DNA from: an uncultured delta proteobacterium
GTDB lineage: Bacteria; Myxococcota_A; Polyangia; Polyangiales; Polyangiaceae
Direction of reading: 5' to 3'
DNA: 64,000 nt
Assembly (NCBI GenBank): GCA_963806225.1
Contig: CAWDXG010000001.1
Location: forward strand, 608,001 to 672,000
A model generated the notes under the pieces. It was not told the origin of the DNA. It did not search any database and saw only the letters and a list, made by a program, of their open reading frames with translations. Within the stretch, counting starts at the first letter, position 1, and each line of letters begins with the position of its first letter. This document shows positions 1 through 8,715 of this stretch, one piece after another. The position numbers and the translations under genes are program-made.

Positions 1-2
1 AC

Positions 3-419
3 TCGTACATCAACCTCGGTCTGCGCATGGATCGTTGGCGCGTACCGGGCGCGCTCCTGCGCGCGCACCTGGCGGAGGCCGAGCAGGAGGCGCTCGAGAA
101 GTCGGGGCGTGACAAGCTGGGCAAGCGCGAGAAGGCGGAGCTGAAGGCACGCATCATCACGCGCCTGCGCAAGAAGCTGATGCCGTCGATGAAGGTCGTG
201 GACATGAGCTGGAACCTCGACGGCGGCGTGGTGCGCTTCTTCAACCAGTCGCCGCGCGTGCACGAGCAGTTCATGGCGCTGTTCGAGAAGACGTTCTCGC
301 TCGAGCTCACGGCCGACAGCCCGTACATCTCCGCCGAGCGGCTGGGGCTGCGGGACGCCGAGCTTCACGCGCTGTCCGGCGTCGACGCGAGCACGCTGGG
401 CGGCAGGAAGCGAGGCTAG
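3..419 (+). CDS. rdgC: RdgC-like recombination-associated protein, N-terminal-half type (5' truncated by window edge)
   Basis: Frame is open from base 3. LGLRMDRWRVPGALL...REKAELK...VVDMSWNL...FEKTF resembles the RdgC N-terminal/coiled-coil region. Confidence 0.7.
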   Translation, partial: SYINLGLRMDRWRVPGALLRAHLAEAEQEALEKSGRDKLGKREKAELKARIITRLRKKLMPSMKVVDMSWNLDGGVVRFFNQSPRVHEQFMALFEKTFSLELTADSPYISAERLGLRDAELHALSGVDASTLGGRKRG

Positions 420-421
420 CG

Positions 422-1006
422 ATGGACCTGGTCGAACGCATCGAAGGCACGCGCTTTCTCGGCGGCGAATTCATCGTCTGGCTGTGGTTCAAGAGCGAGC
501 TGTTCGAAGGCGAGCTCGACGTGCCGGGTTTCGGCAAGGTCGAGCTGTGGCTCGACACGCTCCTGTCTTTCGAGTCACAGCTCGACAAGGCCGAGAAGAC
601 GACGCTCAAGGGCCTTGCGCCTAGCACCACACCCGAAGCGCGAGAGGCGCTCAAGCAGGGCAAGCTGCCGTCGCGCGCACGCATCAGCGCCCGCCTCGGA
701 CCGCAGGACTACGCCTGGGTGCTCACCGCCTCCACGTTGGCGATCTCCAGTGCGTCGATCCCCGCGCTTGTCACCGAGAGCGGCGACGAACGCTTCTACG
801 AGCGCATGCACCTGCTCGAAGAGCTCGATCGGCTGATCGCCGCGCTGTACCAGGAGTTCATCCCGCTCCGGCTCGGCCCGCTCTGGGAGAGCGAGCTGGT
901 CCCGGCCATCCGCAGCTGGGCCAAGGGTCGTGAAGAGCTCTCCGCACCGGCCTACCGCGGCCTGCTCAAGCGCGCTTCGAAGGGCGTGCGTCGGTCTGGT
1001 CGCTGA
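422..1006 (+). CDS. Conserved partner of deltaproteobacterial RdgC (RdgC C-terminal-half-like)
   Basis: FLGGEFIVWLWF motif, EAREALKQGK, ERMHLLEE; starts 2 bp after the upstream stop. Confidence 0.65.
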   Translation: MDLVERIEGTRFLGGEFIVWLWFKSELFEGELDVPGFGKVELWLDTLLSFESQLDKAEKTTLKGLAPSTTPEAREALKQGKLPSRARISARLGPQDYAWVLTASTLAISSASIPALVTESGDERFYERMHLLEELDRLIAALYQEFIPLRLGPLWESELVPAIRSWAKGREELSAPAYRGLLKRASKGVRRSGR

Positions 1007-1066
1007 ATGGGCCCGCCGGCGCGAGGGGTTTGAAGCATTCCCCGAAACGGAATAGGCTGGAACATC

Positions 1067-2053
1067 ATGGCCCTCTTCAAGCAGCGGCTCCGCGCCTGGG
1101 CCCTGGTGGCACTTCCGCTGGCTGTGTGCGCCGCGTCGGCGTGCTCGGGGCAGACCACGGGGGGCACCGCCGCGAACGAAGGCGGACACACTTCGTCGGT
1201 AGGCGGCAGCGGCTCGCATGGCGGTGCGGGTGGCGTCCCCCAGAGCGGCTGGCCCGACGGAGGTCCGGGCGGAGCTGCAGGCAGCGGCGCGAGCGGCCCG
1301 AGCGGTGGGTCCGGCGGGGCTCCTCTGGGCGGAATGGGAGGCGTCGCGGGGCAGGGTGCCGGAGGCAGCGGCGGTTCCGGAGGCACGGGACAGTCGTGGA
1401 TGCTCTATCGCTACGATCTCGGTGCCGGCAGCTGGTCGAAGATCGCACTGTCCAAGGTGTGGACCGGCGCCAACGCACCTCCGCCGTACGGCGTGGTCGC
1501 AGCGACCCAGCTCGAGCACTACGACCGGCTGCTGGTCTTTTCTTCGGCCGGCAAGTTCTATCTCCGCTCCAACGGGATCTGGCAGCCGCCGGTGCAGACC
1601 ACGAAGGCATTCCCCGCGCTGGCGAACCTCTCCGTGACCGGCGTCGATCAGCTGCCCTCTGCACCCGGAGCGACTCCCGACGAGGGGCTCACCTTCGTCG
1701 CCAATCCGACCGCCGTCCTCTACGCCTACCACTCCAACGACGCGATCGTGTACGAGAAGACCGTCACGATGACCGACGATCCTCCCCCTGCTGCGCCGCA
1801 GGGCAGCGGGCACGCGCTCTATTTCTTCGAGCGCCGCGACGCGAACCAGTACGGCACTGCGGGCTACTACTATCTGTATAGCGGCTACGACGACGGGAAC
1901 CTGTACCGGTTCGACGCCGCGTTCACGTGGAAGTCCTGGCCGGCGAAGCAGAGCCCGATGTGGAGCGGCAAGGTTGGCGCGCCCGATCCGTCGACGCTGA
2001 CCGCCGCCTGGACGGAGGCAAAGCTGGGCATCGTGGACTTCGTCGGGCCCTGA
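1067..2053 (+). CDS. Lipoprotein with Gly-rich linker and possible hemopexin-like beta-propeller domain
   Basis: Signal peptide ending ASACS, ~80-aa Gly/Ser linker, aromatic beta-rich C-terminal domain. Confidence 0.75.
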   Translation: MALFKQRLRAWALVALPLAVCAASACSGQTTGGTAANEGGHTSSVGGSGSHGGAGGVPQSGWPDGGPGGAAGSGASGPSGGSGGAPLGGMGGVAGQGAGGSGGSGGTGQSWMLYRYDLGAGSWSKIALSKVWTGANAPPPYGVVAATQLEHYDRLLVFSSAGKFYLRSNGIWQPPVQTTKAFPALANLSVTGVDQLPSAPGATPDEGLTFVANPTAVLYAYHSNDAIVYEKTVTMTDDPPPAAPQGSGHALYFFERRDANQYGTAGYYYLYSGYDDGNLYRFDAAFTWKSWPAKQSPMWSGKVGAPDPSTLTAAWTEAKLGIVDFVGP

Positions 2054-2163
2054 CTCCAGTCGCCAGCCGCGCCGCGCCAGGCTGTCGGTGTCGCGCCGTC
2101 TCTGTGCGCGCAGCGGCTGCCAGGACCCGCCCGGCAGCTGCTCCCCCTGGATGAACCCGGACG

Positions 2164-2595
2164 CTAGTCGTCCTGGTCGCGCCGCTTGCGCACGGCGGTG
2201 GTCGGATCGCCCGCGGGCGGCGCGATCGACTCGGCCTTGGCGCGCGCTTGCAGCTCTTCGAGGATGCCGTCGAGCAGCACCTCGTCGCGGCGCACGATGG
2301 CCGTCCTGAGCAGGCGGGCGCGTGGATCGTCGGCGGGGAGATCGTCGAGCAGTATCTTCGCGATGCGGAGCTTCTGGTCGATGCGCGACACGCGCTGCTC
2401 GGCCGCACCGGGTTGGCTCGGCATCCTCGGGCGAGGCCGCCCGCCGGACGCACCGCCAGACTGCGCCCCCGCCATGACGCGCTGCTCGGCCTCGACCGGC
2501 TGGTGGCGCGGGCGGATGGATGAGCGCTCGTCTTCAATCTCCGCGTCCGGCACCGGAGCGTCGGGAGGAGGGGTACGGCCGGGGGAGCTGGTCAT
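2164..2595 (-). CDS. Hypothetical protein (disordered N-terminus, small helical domain)
   Basis: ATG at 2595 with GAG-containing upstream sequence; amphipathic helical segment KLRIAKILLDDL...LLDGILEEL. Confidence 0.6.
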   Translation of the reverse strand: MTSSPGRTPPPDAPVPDAEIEDERSSIRPRHQPVEAEQRVMAGAQSGGASGGRPRPRMPSQPGAAEQRVSRIDQKLRIAKILLDDLPADDPRARLLRTAIVRRDEVLLDGILEELQARAKAESIAPPAGDPTTAVRKRRDQDD

Positions 2596-2720
2596 GGGAC
2601 TCTCGTCTCGCCTGTTGATTGAACAGCACTTCTGCACGAATCATTCCGCGCGCTTCCCTTGAAGACGCGCCAGGTCGGCGACGGATTTGGTCCGCCAACA
2701 ATTCATGCCCGAAAAACCCT

Positions 2721-2794
2721 GCAATCCCTGCGCGCCAGGACCCGCAGCCGGTCCCGCGGTCCGGACCGCGCTCGGGGCGCAATCCCTGCGCCGA
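2721..2794. promoter_or_regulatory. 13-bp direct repeat GCAATCCCTGCGC (2721, 2779); second copy forms a minus-strand sigma54-like GG-N10-GC
   Basis: Minus strand reads TCGGCGCAGGGATTGCG; lies in the divergent intergenic region. Confidence 0.35.
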
Positions 2795-2986
2795 CGGAGC
2801 GGCGGGAGCAGGCCGTGACAACCGTGTCGCGGTTCTGGAGCGGCGCGTTCGCATCCTGCGGCGCGTTCCTGCGTCGCGAAATCGCTTTCGCGCAGCGGAA
2901 AATGGGGTTATCGAGCGCCGTTCCGTGGTCTTGTCACAGCCCCCACACGTCCATACAGTCCCTACGGTTCTGGAGAGCAGCACACC

Positions 2987-3592
2987 ATGATGAGGGCCAC
3001 GCCGGATTCGCCTCGCATGTTCGAGAGCGATTTGATCGACTTCTTCTCGCGCACCCATCCGGCGGTGGTGCCCCTCCTGTTTGTGCCCGCCTCGGTGGCC
3101 CTGCTCTGGTACGGCGTGGCACACGCCGGCGAGACGGTGCTGGCGAGCGCGCTGCTCTTCGGCGGCGGCTTCGTGGCCTGGACGCTCACCGAATACTGGT
3201 TGCACCGGCTCTTCTTCCATTGGCAACCGGGCGGCGCGGTGGGCGACCGCATGCACTTCCTCGTGCACGGCGTGCACCACACCTGGCCGCGCGACAAGTA
3301 CCGGCTGGTGATGCCTCCCGCCGTGAGCATCTCGCTGTTCTTCGTGTTCGGCGGAGCCTTCCTGCTGCTCCTCGGGCCGCACGTGGCGCTCCCGTTCCAC
3401 GCCGGGTTCACCATCGGTTACATGGTCTACGACATGACGCACTACTACATCCATCACTTCCGTCCGAAGACGGAGTACGGCCGGCGTCTGAGGAAGCACC
3501 ACATGCTGCACCACTTCAAGGATGACGAGAACCGCTTCGGCGTGTCGTTCATGGTGTGGGATCACGTTTTCGGCACTCGCGGCGAGTCCTGA
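2987..3592 (+). CDS. Fatty acid hydroxylase (FA2H/Scs7-like, sterol desaturase superfamily)
   Basis: Four His boxes HRLFFH, HGVHH, HYYIHH, HHMLHH; RLVMPP and FGVS..WD.VFGT motifs. Confidence 0.9.
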   Translation: MMRATPDSPRMFESDLIDFFSRTHPAVVPLLFVPASVALLWYGVAHAGETVLASALLFGGGFVAWTLTEYWLHRLFFHWQPGGAVGDRMHFLVHGVHHTWPRDKYRLVMPPAVSISLFFVFGGAFLLLLGPHVALPFHAGFTIGYMVYDMTHYYIHHFRPKTEYGRRLRKHHMLHHFKDDENRFGVSFMVWDHVFGTRGES

Positions 3593-3672
3593 ATTTCATC
3601 AGCAGAACGGGTGCGCCCAACGCCGCTTTGCGTTAGGTTCCGCGCGCGAGAGCAGCAGGAGGCGACTAGACC

Positions 3673-4053
3673 ATGACCGAAGACGACGACCTCGAGCTCG
3701 AGGACGAAGTGGGCGAAGGCAGGGTACCCGTCGTTCCGGAGGAGCTGGACATCGATCCGTTCCTTCTCGCGCTGCTGCACTGCACCGCGTTCCTCGACTT
3801 CGCCGACGAGGACACGGTCGATCCAGCTGCGGCCAGCGACGTGCTCGAGCACGTCGGCCTGTACATCCAGCGGCTGCCGCCCGACCAGCTCGGCGAGATC
3901 CAGGAACAGCTCGACGCGCTGGAGGATCACGGGCGCTCCGCTGGTTGGCCCGTCGACATCGTCGAGTTCGTGCGCGACTTCCTCTACAACTGCGGTATCG
4001 GCGACGACGAAGAGGACGAGGACGAGGACGAGGTCGAGGAAGCCGACGACTAG
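3673..4053 (+). CDS. Highly acidic hypothetical protein
   Basis: GGAGG RBS upstream, clean codon usage, D/E-rich termini. Confidence 0.75.
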   Translation: MTEDDDLELEDEVGEGRVPVVPEELDIDPFLLALLHCTAFLDFADEDTVDPAAASDVLEHVGLYIQRLPPDQLGEIQEQLDALEDHGRSAGWPVDIVEFVRDFLYNCGIGDDEEDEDEDEVEEADD

Positions 4054-4059
4054 CTTCCG

Positions 4060-4485
4060 TTGACCGTGTTCTCCAAGGCCAGCCGACCCCGCCTCCACCA
4101 CATCGCGCTCGGTGCACGCGACGTGGAAGCCGTCGCTCTGTTCTACCGGGACGTGCTCGGGTTGCCCGAGCTCGCTCGTCACCCGGATGGCGCGGGCGCG
4201 CTGCGCTCCATCTGGCTCGACCTGGGCGGCGCGACCTTGATGGTCGAGCGCAGCGACGAGCCGGCGCGGCGCGTTCAAGGGGTCGGCGCGGGACCGTTCC
4301 TGATCGCCCTCGCCGTCGAGCCGGAAGAGCGCGCCGCGCTGGAGCGCGCGCTGGAAGCGGCCGGCTCGCCCATCGAGGCGCGCAGCGCGTACAGCTCGTA
4401 CGCCCGTGATCCGGAAGGCAACCGCGTCGCGATCAGCCACTATCCGGCGCCCGCCGCGGGTGCATCCGGAGCCGGCCTGCCGTAG
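4060..4485 (+). CDS. VOC/glyoxalase family protein
   Basis: LHHIAL..RD...FYRDVLGL and YARDPEGN motifs. Confidence 0.85.
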   Translation: MTVFSKASRPRLHHIALGARDVEAVALFYRDVLGLPELARHPDGAGALRSIWLDLGGATLMVERSDEPARRVQGVGAGPFLIALAVEPEERAALERALEAAGSPIEARSAYSSYARDPEGNRVAISHYPAPAAGASGAGLP

Positions 4486-4494
4486 GATCGCGCC

Positions 4495-5298
4495 ATGGCG
4501 GGAGCGTGCAGGATCGGGACGGGGATGGCGCTGGCTCTGCTGATCCTGGCCGTCGGCTGCGGCGGAAGCACGAGCAACGGCAACGGCAGCGGCGGCGGCG
4601 CGGGAACGGGCGGCGGCGCGGGAACGGGCGGCGGCGCGGGAACGGGCGGCGGCGCGGGAACGGGCGGCGGCGCGGGAACGGGCGGCACGTCCGGCAGCGG
4701 CGGCGCGGGAACGGGCGGCGGCGCGGGAACGGGCGGCGGCGCGGGAACGGGCGGCGGCGCGGGAACGGGCGGCGGCGCGGGAACGGGCGGCACGTCCGGC
4801 AGCGGCGGCGCGGGAACGGGCGGCGGCGCGGGAACGGGCGGCAGCGCGGGAACGGGCGGCAGCGCGGGAGCGGGCGGCAGCGGTGGATCCGGCGGCGGCG
4901 GACTGTCCGCGCACATCACCAAGTCGGACATCTACCTGAACTGCATGCCCGTCGTCGGCGCCGATCCGGTCGGCGGCAGCTTCGCCGTGATGTACGACAA
5001 CCAGAGCGGTACGCAGGCGGCGAGCGCCACTGTTGCGATCGCCCGCTACATCATGAACAAGGGCCAGAACACGCTCACCTGGAGCTTCAGCGTGACGCCG
5101 ACCGGCAGTGGTCAGGTCGCGCCCGGCACTACCAGGTCGGTCACGCACACGAAGACTCCCGGCTCCGGAACTGGACAGGGCGCGCAGACGCCGTGCAGCT
5201 ACTGCGGCGGCACCGGCGAGCTCCAGGTCCAGTGGAAGAGCGGAGGGAAGACGTTCGGCGACGCGCTCCAGCCGGTCAACATCCTCTGCGCGCTGTGA
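4495..5298 (+). CDS. Lipoprotein with long (GGGAGT)n linker and Cys-containing Ig-like C-terminal domain
   Basis: Lipobox LAVGC; NCMP, PCSYC and C-terminal Cys. Confidence 0.8.
   Translation: MAGACRIGTGMALALLILAVGCGGSTSNGNGSGGGAGTGGGAGTGGGAGTGGGAGTGGGAGTGGTSGSGGAGTGGGAGTGGGAGTGGGAGTGGGAGTGGTSGSGGAGTGGGAGTGGSAGTGGSAGAGGSGGSGGGGLSAHITKSDIYLNCMPVVGADPVGGSFAVMYDNQSGTQAASATVAIARYIMNKGQNTLTWSFSVTPTGSGQVAPGTTRSVTHTKTPGSGTGQGAQTPCSYCGGTGELQVQWKSGGKTFGDALQPVNILCAL
4590..4878 (+). repeat. 18-bp coding tandem repeat (gcgggaacgggcggcggc) with a 105-bp higher-order period
   Basis: Near-perfect copies; the interrupting unit ggcggcacgtccggcagc recurs at 4681 and 4786. Confidence 0.95.
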
Positions 5299-5331
5299 TG
5301 CTCCCGCCGTGGGTCCACGACCGCCGGGCAA

Positions 5332-5706
5332 GTGAGCCAGACACGTAGGCGCTTGAACCACCGTCGCACCTGCTCCAGGCTCGTCGTCATGCGTCGGGGG
5401 CTGCGCGTGCTCGTGCTCTGGATAGTCGGCATGTCCGTGCTGGTGTGGCTGCCGGTCTACCCGCAGAGCATCTCCGGGCACGAGATTGTCATGGGTGGAG
5501 CGGAGCGGCCCATATCCACGTGGAGCCTCGGGTCGTTACCCGACCTTGCCCAGCGTGTTCAACACGGATGGGTTTCCCCGCTGAACGGAGCGTTCGATCT
5601 GGTCCTGGCGGTGGGGACCGCATCCGCACTGGCCGCGCTGTGCGAGGTCCTGACCACGCTCTTTCTGCGCCGGCGTGCCGGGGGCCGGGCAGACTCACCA
5701 CCATGA
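5332..5706 (+). CDS. Small two-TM membrane protein (start may be ATG 5389)
   Basis: Two hydrophobic segments; stop overlaps the next ATG (ATGA). Confidence 0.55.
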   Translation: MSQTRRRLNHRRTCSRLVVMRRGLRVLVLWIVGMSVLVWLPVYPQSISGHEIVMGGAERPISTWSLGSLPDLAQRVQHGWVSPLNGAFDLVLAVGTASALAALCEVLTTLFLRRRAGGRADSPP

Positions 5707-6284
5707 CTCTCCGGCTCCAGCATCTGGCCTCGCGACTGGCCACGCCCCGCCTCGAACTGCGCGCCTTCGAGCCACGCGATGCCGCGCGGCTGTTCAAGCT
5801 GGTGGAGGCGAGCCGCGCGCATCTCGAGCCCTGGCTCCATTGGCCCCGGCAGATGACATCCGTGGAGGCGATCGAGTGCTGGGCGGCACGCCCATACGAC
5901 GCCACCGAGGCGTTCCGTCTGGGCATCTATACGAAAGCCGGCGGTGAGCTGGTGGGCGCGGCCGGCCTGCAGGTGCGCAGCATCTCGCCGCCGAGCGCGT
6001 GGAAATGGGTCGACATCAGCTACTGGCTTGGCTCGGCGACTGTCGGCCAGGGCTACGCCACGGAAGCTGCGCGGCGTCTCGCCGTGCATGCCTTCGACGA
6101 TCTCGGCGCGCCGCGCGTCGAGATCCGCACCGAGCGCGACAACGCCGCGAGCGGGCGCGTCGCCGAGCGCCTCGGCTTCCGCCGGGAAGGCGTGCTGCGC
6201 AGCGTCGCCGGGTTCGACGGCCGCGCGATCGATCTCGCCTTCTTCGCGCTCGTCGCGCAGGAGCGCGGAACGCTCGATCTGTAG
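5703..6284 (+). CDS. GNAT N-acetyltransferase, RimJ/RimL family
   Basis: TPRLELR, ISYWL...GQGYATEAA, N.AS.RVAERLGF..EG motifs. Confidence 0.9.
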   Translation: MTLRLQHLASRLATPRLELRAFEPRDAARLFKLVEASRAHLEPWLHWPRQMTSVEAIECWAARPYDATEAFRLGIYTKAGGELVGAAGLQVRSISPPSAWKWVDISYWLGSATVGQGYATEAARRLAVHAFDDLGAPRVEIRTERDNAASGRVAERLGFRREGVLRSVAGFDGRAIDLAFFALVAQERGTLDL

Positions 6285-6286
6285 CA

Positions 6287-6310
6287 AAATGGCACACTTT
6301 TGTGGCATTT
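6287..6310. promoter_or_regulatory. Imperfect palindrome AAATGGCACA-CTTT-TGTGGCATTT, candidate repressor operator
   Basis: 9/10 inverted match, AT-rich, 42 bp upstream of the enoyl-CoA hydratase ATG. Confidence 0.5.
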
Positions 6311-6352
6311 CGCTACGTTTTCACGCCTGGAGCCGCCCTGTACGTTGTCCGC

Positions 6353-7192
6353 ATGGACAAGCTGGAAACGCTGGAGCTCGAGGTGGGCGAGGGGATCGCG
6401 ACGATCACACTCAGCCGCCCCGATCGGCTGAACGCGTACACGGTCGGGATGGGCGTCGAGCTCTTCCGCACGCTCGGCGAGCTCGATCACGACGATGCGG
6501 TGCGCGCCATCGTCGTCACCGGAGCGGGTCGCGCGTTCTGCGCCGGTGCGGATCTCGCCGAGGGCGGCGACACGTTTGCCGGCGAGCGCACCTGGGAGGA
6601 GGCCGGGCGCTACGAGTCGAAGGTGCGGCCCTGGAACATGCGCACGCCGGTGATCGCCGCCATCAATGGACCCGCCGTCGGTATCGGCGCCACGCTGCCG
6701 CTGCACTGGGACATCCGCATCGCTTCCGAGCGCGCGAGGATCGGCTTCGTGTTCACGCGCCGCGGCATCATTCCCGAAGCGAACAGCACCTGGATCCTGC
6801 CGCGGCTCGTCGGCATGTCGAAGGCGCTGGAGCTGCTGATCAGCGGGCGCATCCTCGATGCCGGTGAAGCCCGCGACTACGGCCTGGTCAGCCGCGTGGT
6901 GGCGCACGATGACCTCATGCCCGCCGTGCGCGAGCTGGCGCTCGACATCGCGAAGAACACCGCGCCCGTCTCGGTGGCCATCACCCGGCGGCTGCTGTGG
7001 CGCCAGCTGCTCCAGCCCGATCCGCTTGCCGGCAAGCTGCTCGAGGACGAGCTGTTCGAGTGGATCGGCAAGCAACCCGATGCGGCCGAGGGCGTGAACG
7101 CCTTCCTCGACAAGCGCGAGCCGCGCTGGAGCATGAGCGCCACCCGCGATCTGCCCGAGTCGATCGCCGACGTGCCCGAGCGGTTGCGCTGA
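6353..7192 (+). CDS. Enoyl-CoA hydratase/isomerase (crotonase) family
   Basis: GRAFCAGADL, PVIAAING.AVG.G, DIRIASE; ATG at 6353. Confidence 0.92.
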   Translation: MDKLETLELEVGEGIATITLSRPDRLNAYTVGMGVELFRTLGELDHDDAVRAIVVTGAGRAFCAGADLAEGGDTFAGERTWEEAGRYESKVRPWNMRTPVIAAINGPAVGIGATLPLHWDIRIASERARIGFVFTRRGIIPEANSTWILPRLVGMSKALELLISGRILDAGEARDYGLVSRVVAHDDLMPAVRELALDIAKNTAPVSVAITRRLLWRQLLQPDPLAGKLLEDELFEWIGKQPDAAEGVNAFLDKREPRWSMSATRDLPESIADVPERLR

Positions 7193-7215
7193 CCCCGATC
7201 GTTGACCGGCAGGGC

Positions 7216-7701
7216 TCAGGGCGAGCAGTAGCCGAAGCCGGGAAACACGAGCTGGCAGTGGTAGCCGTCGGCGGTGCGGCAGTCGGCGTTCGTCTTGCAC
7301 GGCGCCGTGCACATCGACAGCGTGATGGTCATCTGGCCGCCGGAGCTGCCGGTCTGGGTGCAGCCGCCGCTCGTTCCGCACTCGTTGCCGCCTTCCCCAC
7401 TGCAGGCCTTCGAGCAGTAGCCGCCGGGGAAGGTGATCGTGCCCGTCTGGGCGTTGCCGATGGTCGTGAAGCACTTCGCGTCCGGAGGGTCGCTGCAGTC
7501 GCTGTCCGACTTGCAAGCGTCGCCGACCTTGCCGCCGCCCGCCGACGTGGCGCCGCCGCCGCCGCTGCTCCCGGCGTCGCTGGTTGCGCCGCTGTTCCCT
7601 CCGCTGCCCGGACCGCCGCCGCCGTGGGAGGCCGGGCCCGAAGCACTGCAGGCCAGCGCCGCAAGGGGCGCCGCCAGGATCGCGGTCCAGCGCAGAGACA
7701 T
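7216..7701 (-). CDS. Cys-rich lipoprotein
   Basis: Lipobox ALAC, Gly linker, GDACKSDSDC, PGGYCSKAC, CKTNADC. Confidence 0.8.
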   Translation of the reverse strand: MSLRWTAILAAPLAALACSASGPASHGGGGPGSGGNSGATSDAGSSGGGGATSAGGGKVGDACKSDSDCSDPPDAKCFTTIGNAQTGTITFPGGYCSKACSGEGGNECGTSGGCTQTGSSGGQMTITLSMCTAPCKTNADCRTADGYHCQLVFPGFGYCSP

Positions 7702-7744
7702 CGACCGAACGTTACCCGATCGCGTCCCACGGCGGAAACCACCG

Positions 7745-8569
7745 TCACAGCCCCAGCCATGCGACGGCGTCGGTCATGCGCTTCGTCATGTCGCCGGGGA
7801 AGGTATGGCCGACCTTGCCCAGGCTCATGAAGCGCGCCGGGTAGCCGCGCCGCGACAGACGCCGGGCGGCGGTCGTCATGGGGCCGTGCGTCATGTCGTA
7901 GTCGCCGGCCGCGAACAGCACCCGCTGGACGCCGTGGCGCTTCAGGCGCTTGGCATCCGGGTACACCTTGGCGGCGATCAGGAGCAGCCGCGACCACTCC
8001 CCCGGATCGTTGCGCGCGATGCTGAACGCCGCGTAGGCCCCCTGCGAAAAGCCCATCAGTGTCGCACCGGCCGTGTCGACCTCGCCGGGGCGCGCTTTGT
8101 CGAGCTCGTGGACGGCGCCTTCGACCGTCTTGTTCCGGCGTGCGGCGCTCCACATCGCGCCTCCGCCGCGGCACGCCAGGCTGGCGCGGGGACACACGAG
8201 CCAGGCGTGCGGCGTCACCGCCGGCGCGAGCCAGGGGCACTCGTTCTCGGGCACGTCGCACATGCCGTGCAGCATCACCGCGAGCGGCTGGCGGCCCACG
8301 CGCTCCGGCGGATACACGATCGCCTGTCCGCCCCCGGGCGTCTGCAGCCAGAACGGGGCCGTGTTCCGGCGCCTGGCCGGCGGTGCGGGCTTGGCCGTGT
8401 GCGTCGGGGCGGCCGCGCTGCTGCGCGCCGGCGGCGCGCTCGCTTTCTTTCCCGGAGCGGGACGCGCCTGGGCGCTCTCGCGCGCCGGCATCAGCCACGC
8501 GCCGGCCAGCGCGGCCAGACCCAGCACGATTGGAAGAACACGTTTGCGACCTGACACCGATCCAGACAT
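7745..8569 (-). CDS. Secreted alpha/beta hydrolase (esterase)
   Basis: Signal/TM segment, LHG, nucleophile GFSQG, G.YD, GHTF. Confidence 0.85.
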   Translation of the reverse strand: MSGSVSGRKRVLPIVLGLAALAGAWLMPARESAQARPAPGKKASAPPARSSAAAPTHTAKPAPPARRRNTAPFWLQTPGGGQAIVYPPERVGRQPLAVMLHGMCDVPENECPWLAPAVTPHAWLVCPRASLACRGGGAMWSAARRNKTVEGAVHELDKARPGEVDTAGATLMGFSQGAYAAFSIARNDPGEWSRLLLIAAKVYPDAKRLKRHGVQRVLFAAGDYDMTHGPMTTAARRLSRRGYPARFMSLGKVGHTFPGDMTKRMTDAVAWLGL

Positions 8570-8715
8570 GGCTCCGCCTCCTGGCCCGCAGCGCGGGCCC
8601 GCTTCCCGGCGCGACGCGGGCTCGAACCGTCGAGCCGGGCGCGCCGTCGCTTCACCTGATCATCGCGGCGGCGGCGCAAGGTGTGACGTGCGGCGCGGCG
8701 GATCCGCCCGCGCGC

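Noticed and set aside
4590..4878. Tandem repeats (also 22247-22308 and 31720-31860) as a possible CRISPR array
   Set aside because: No unique spacers, in-frame coding linkers, no cas genes.
6290..6306. TGGCAC as a sigma54 promoter
   Set aside because: No GC at N10 spacing; better explained as half of a palindrome.
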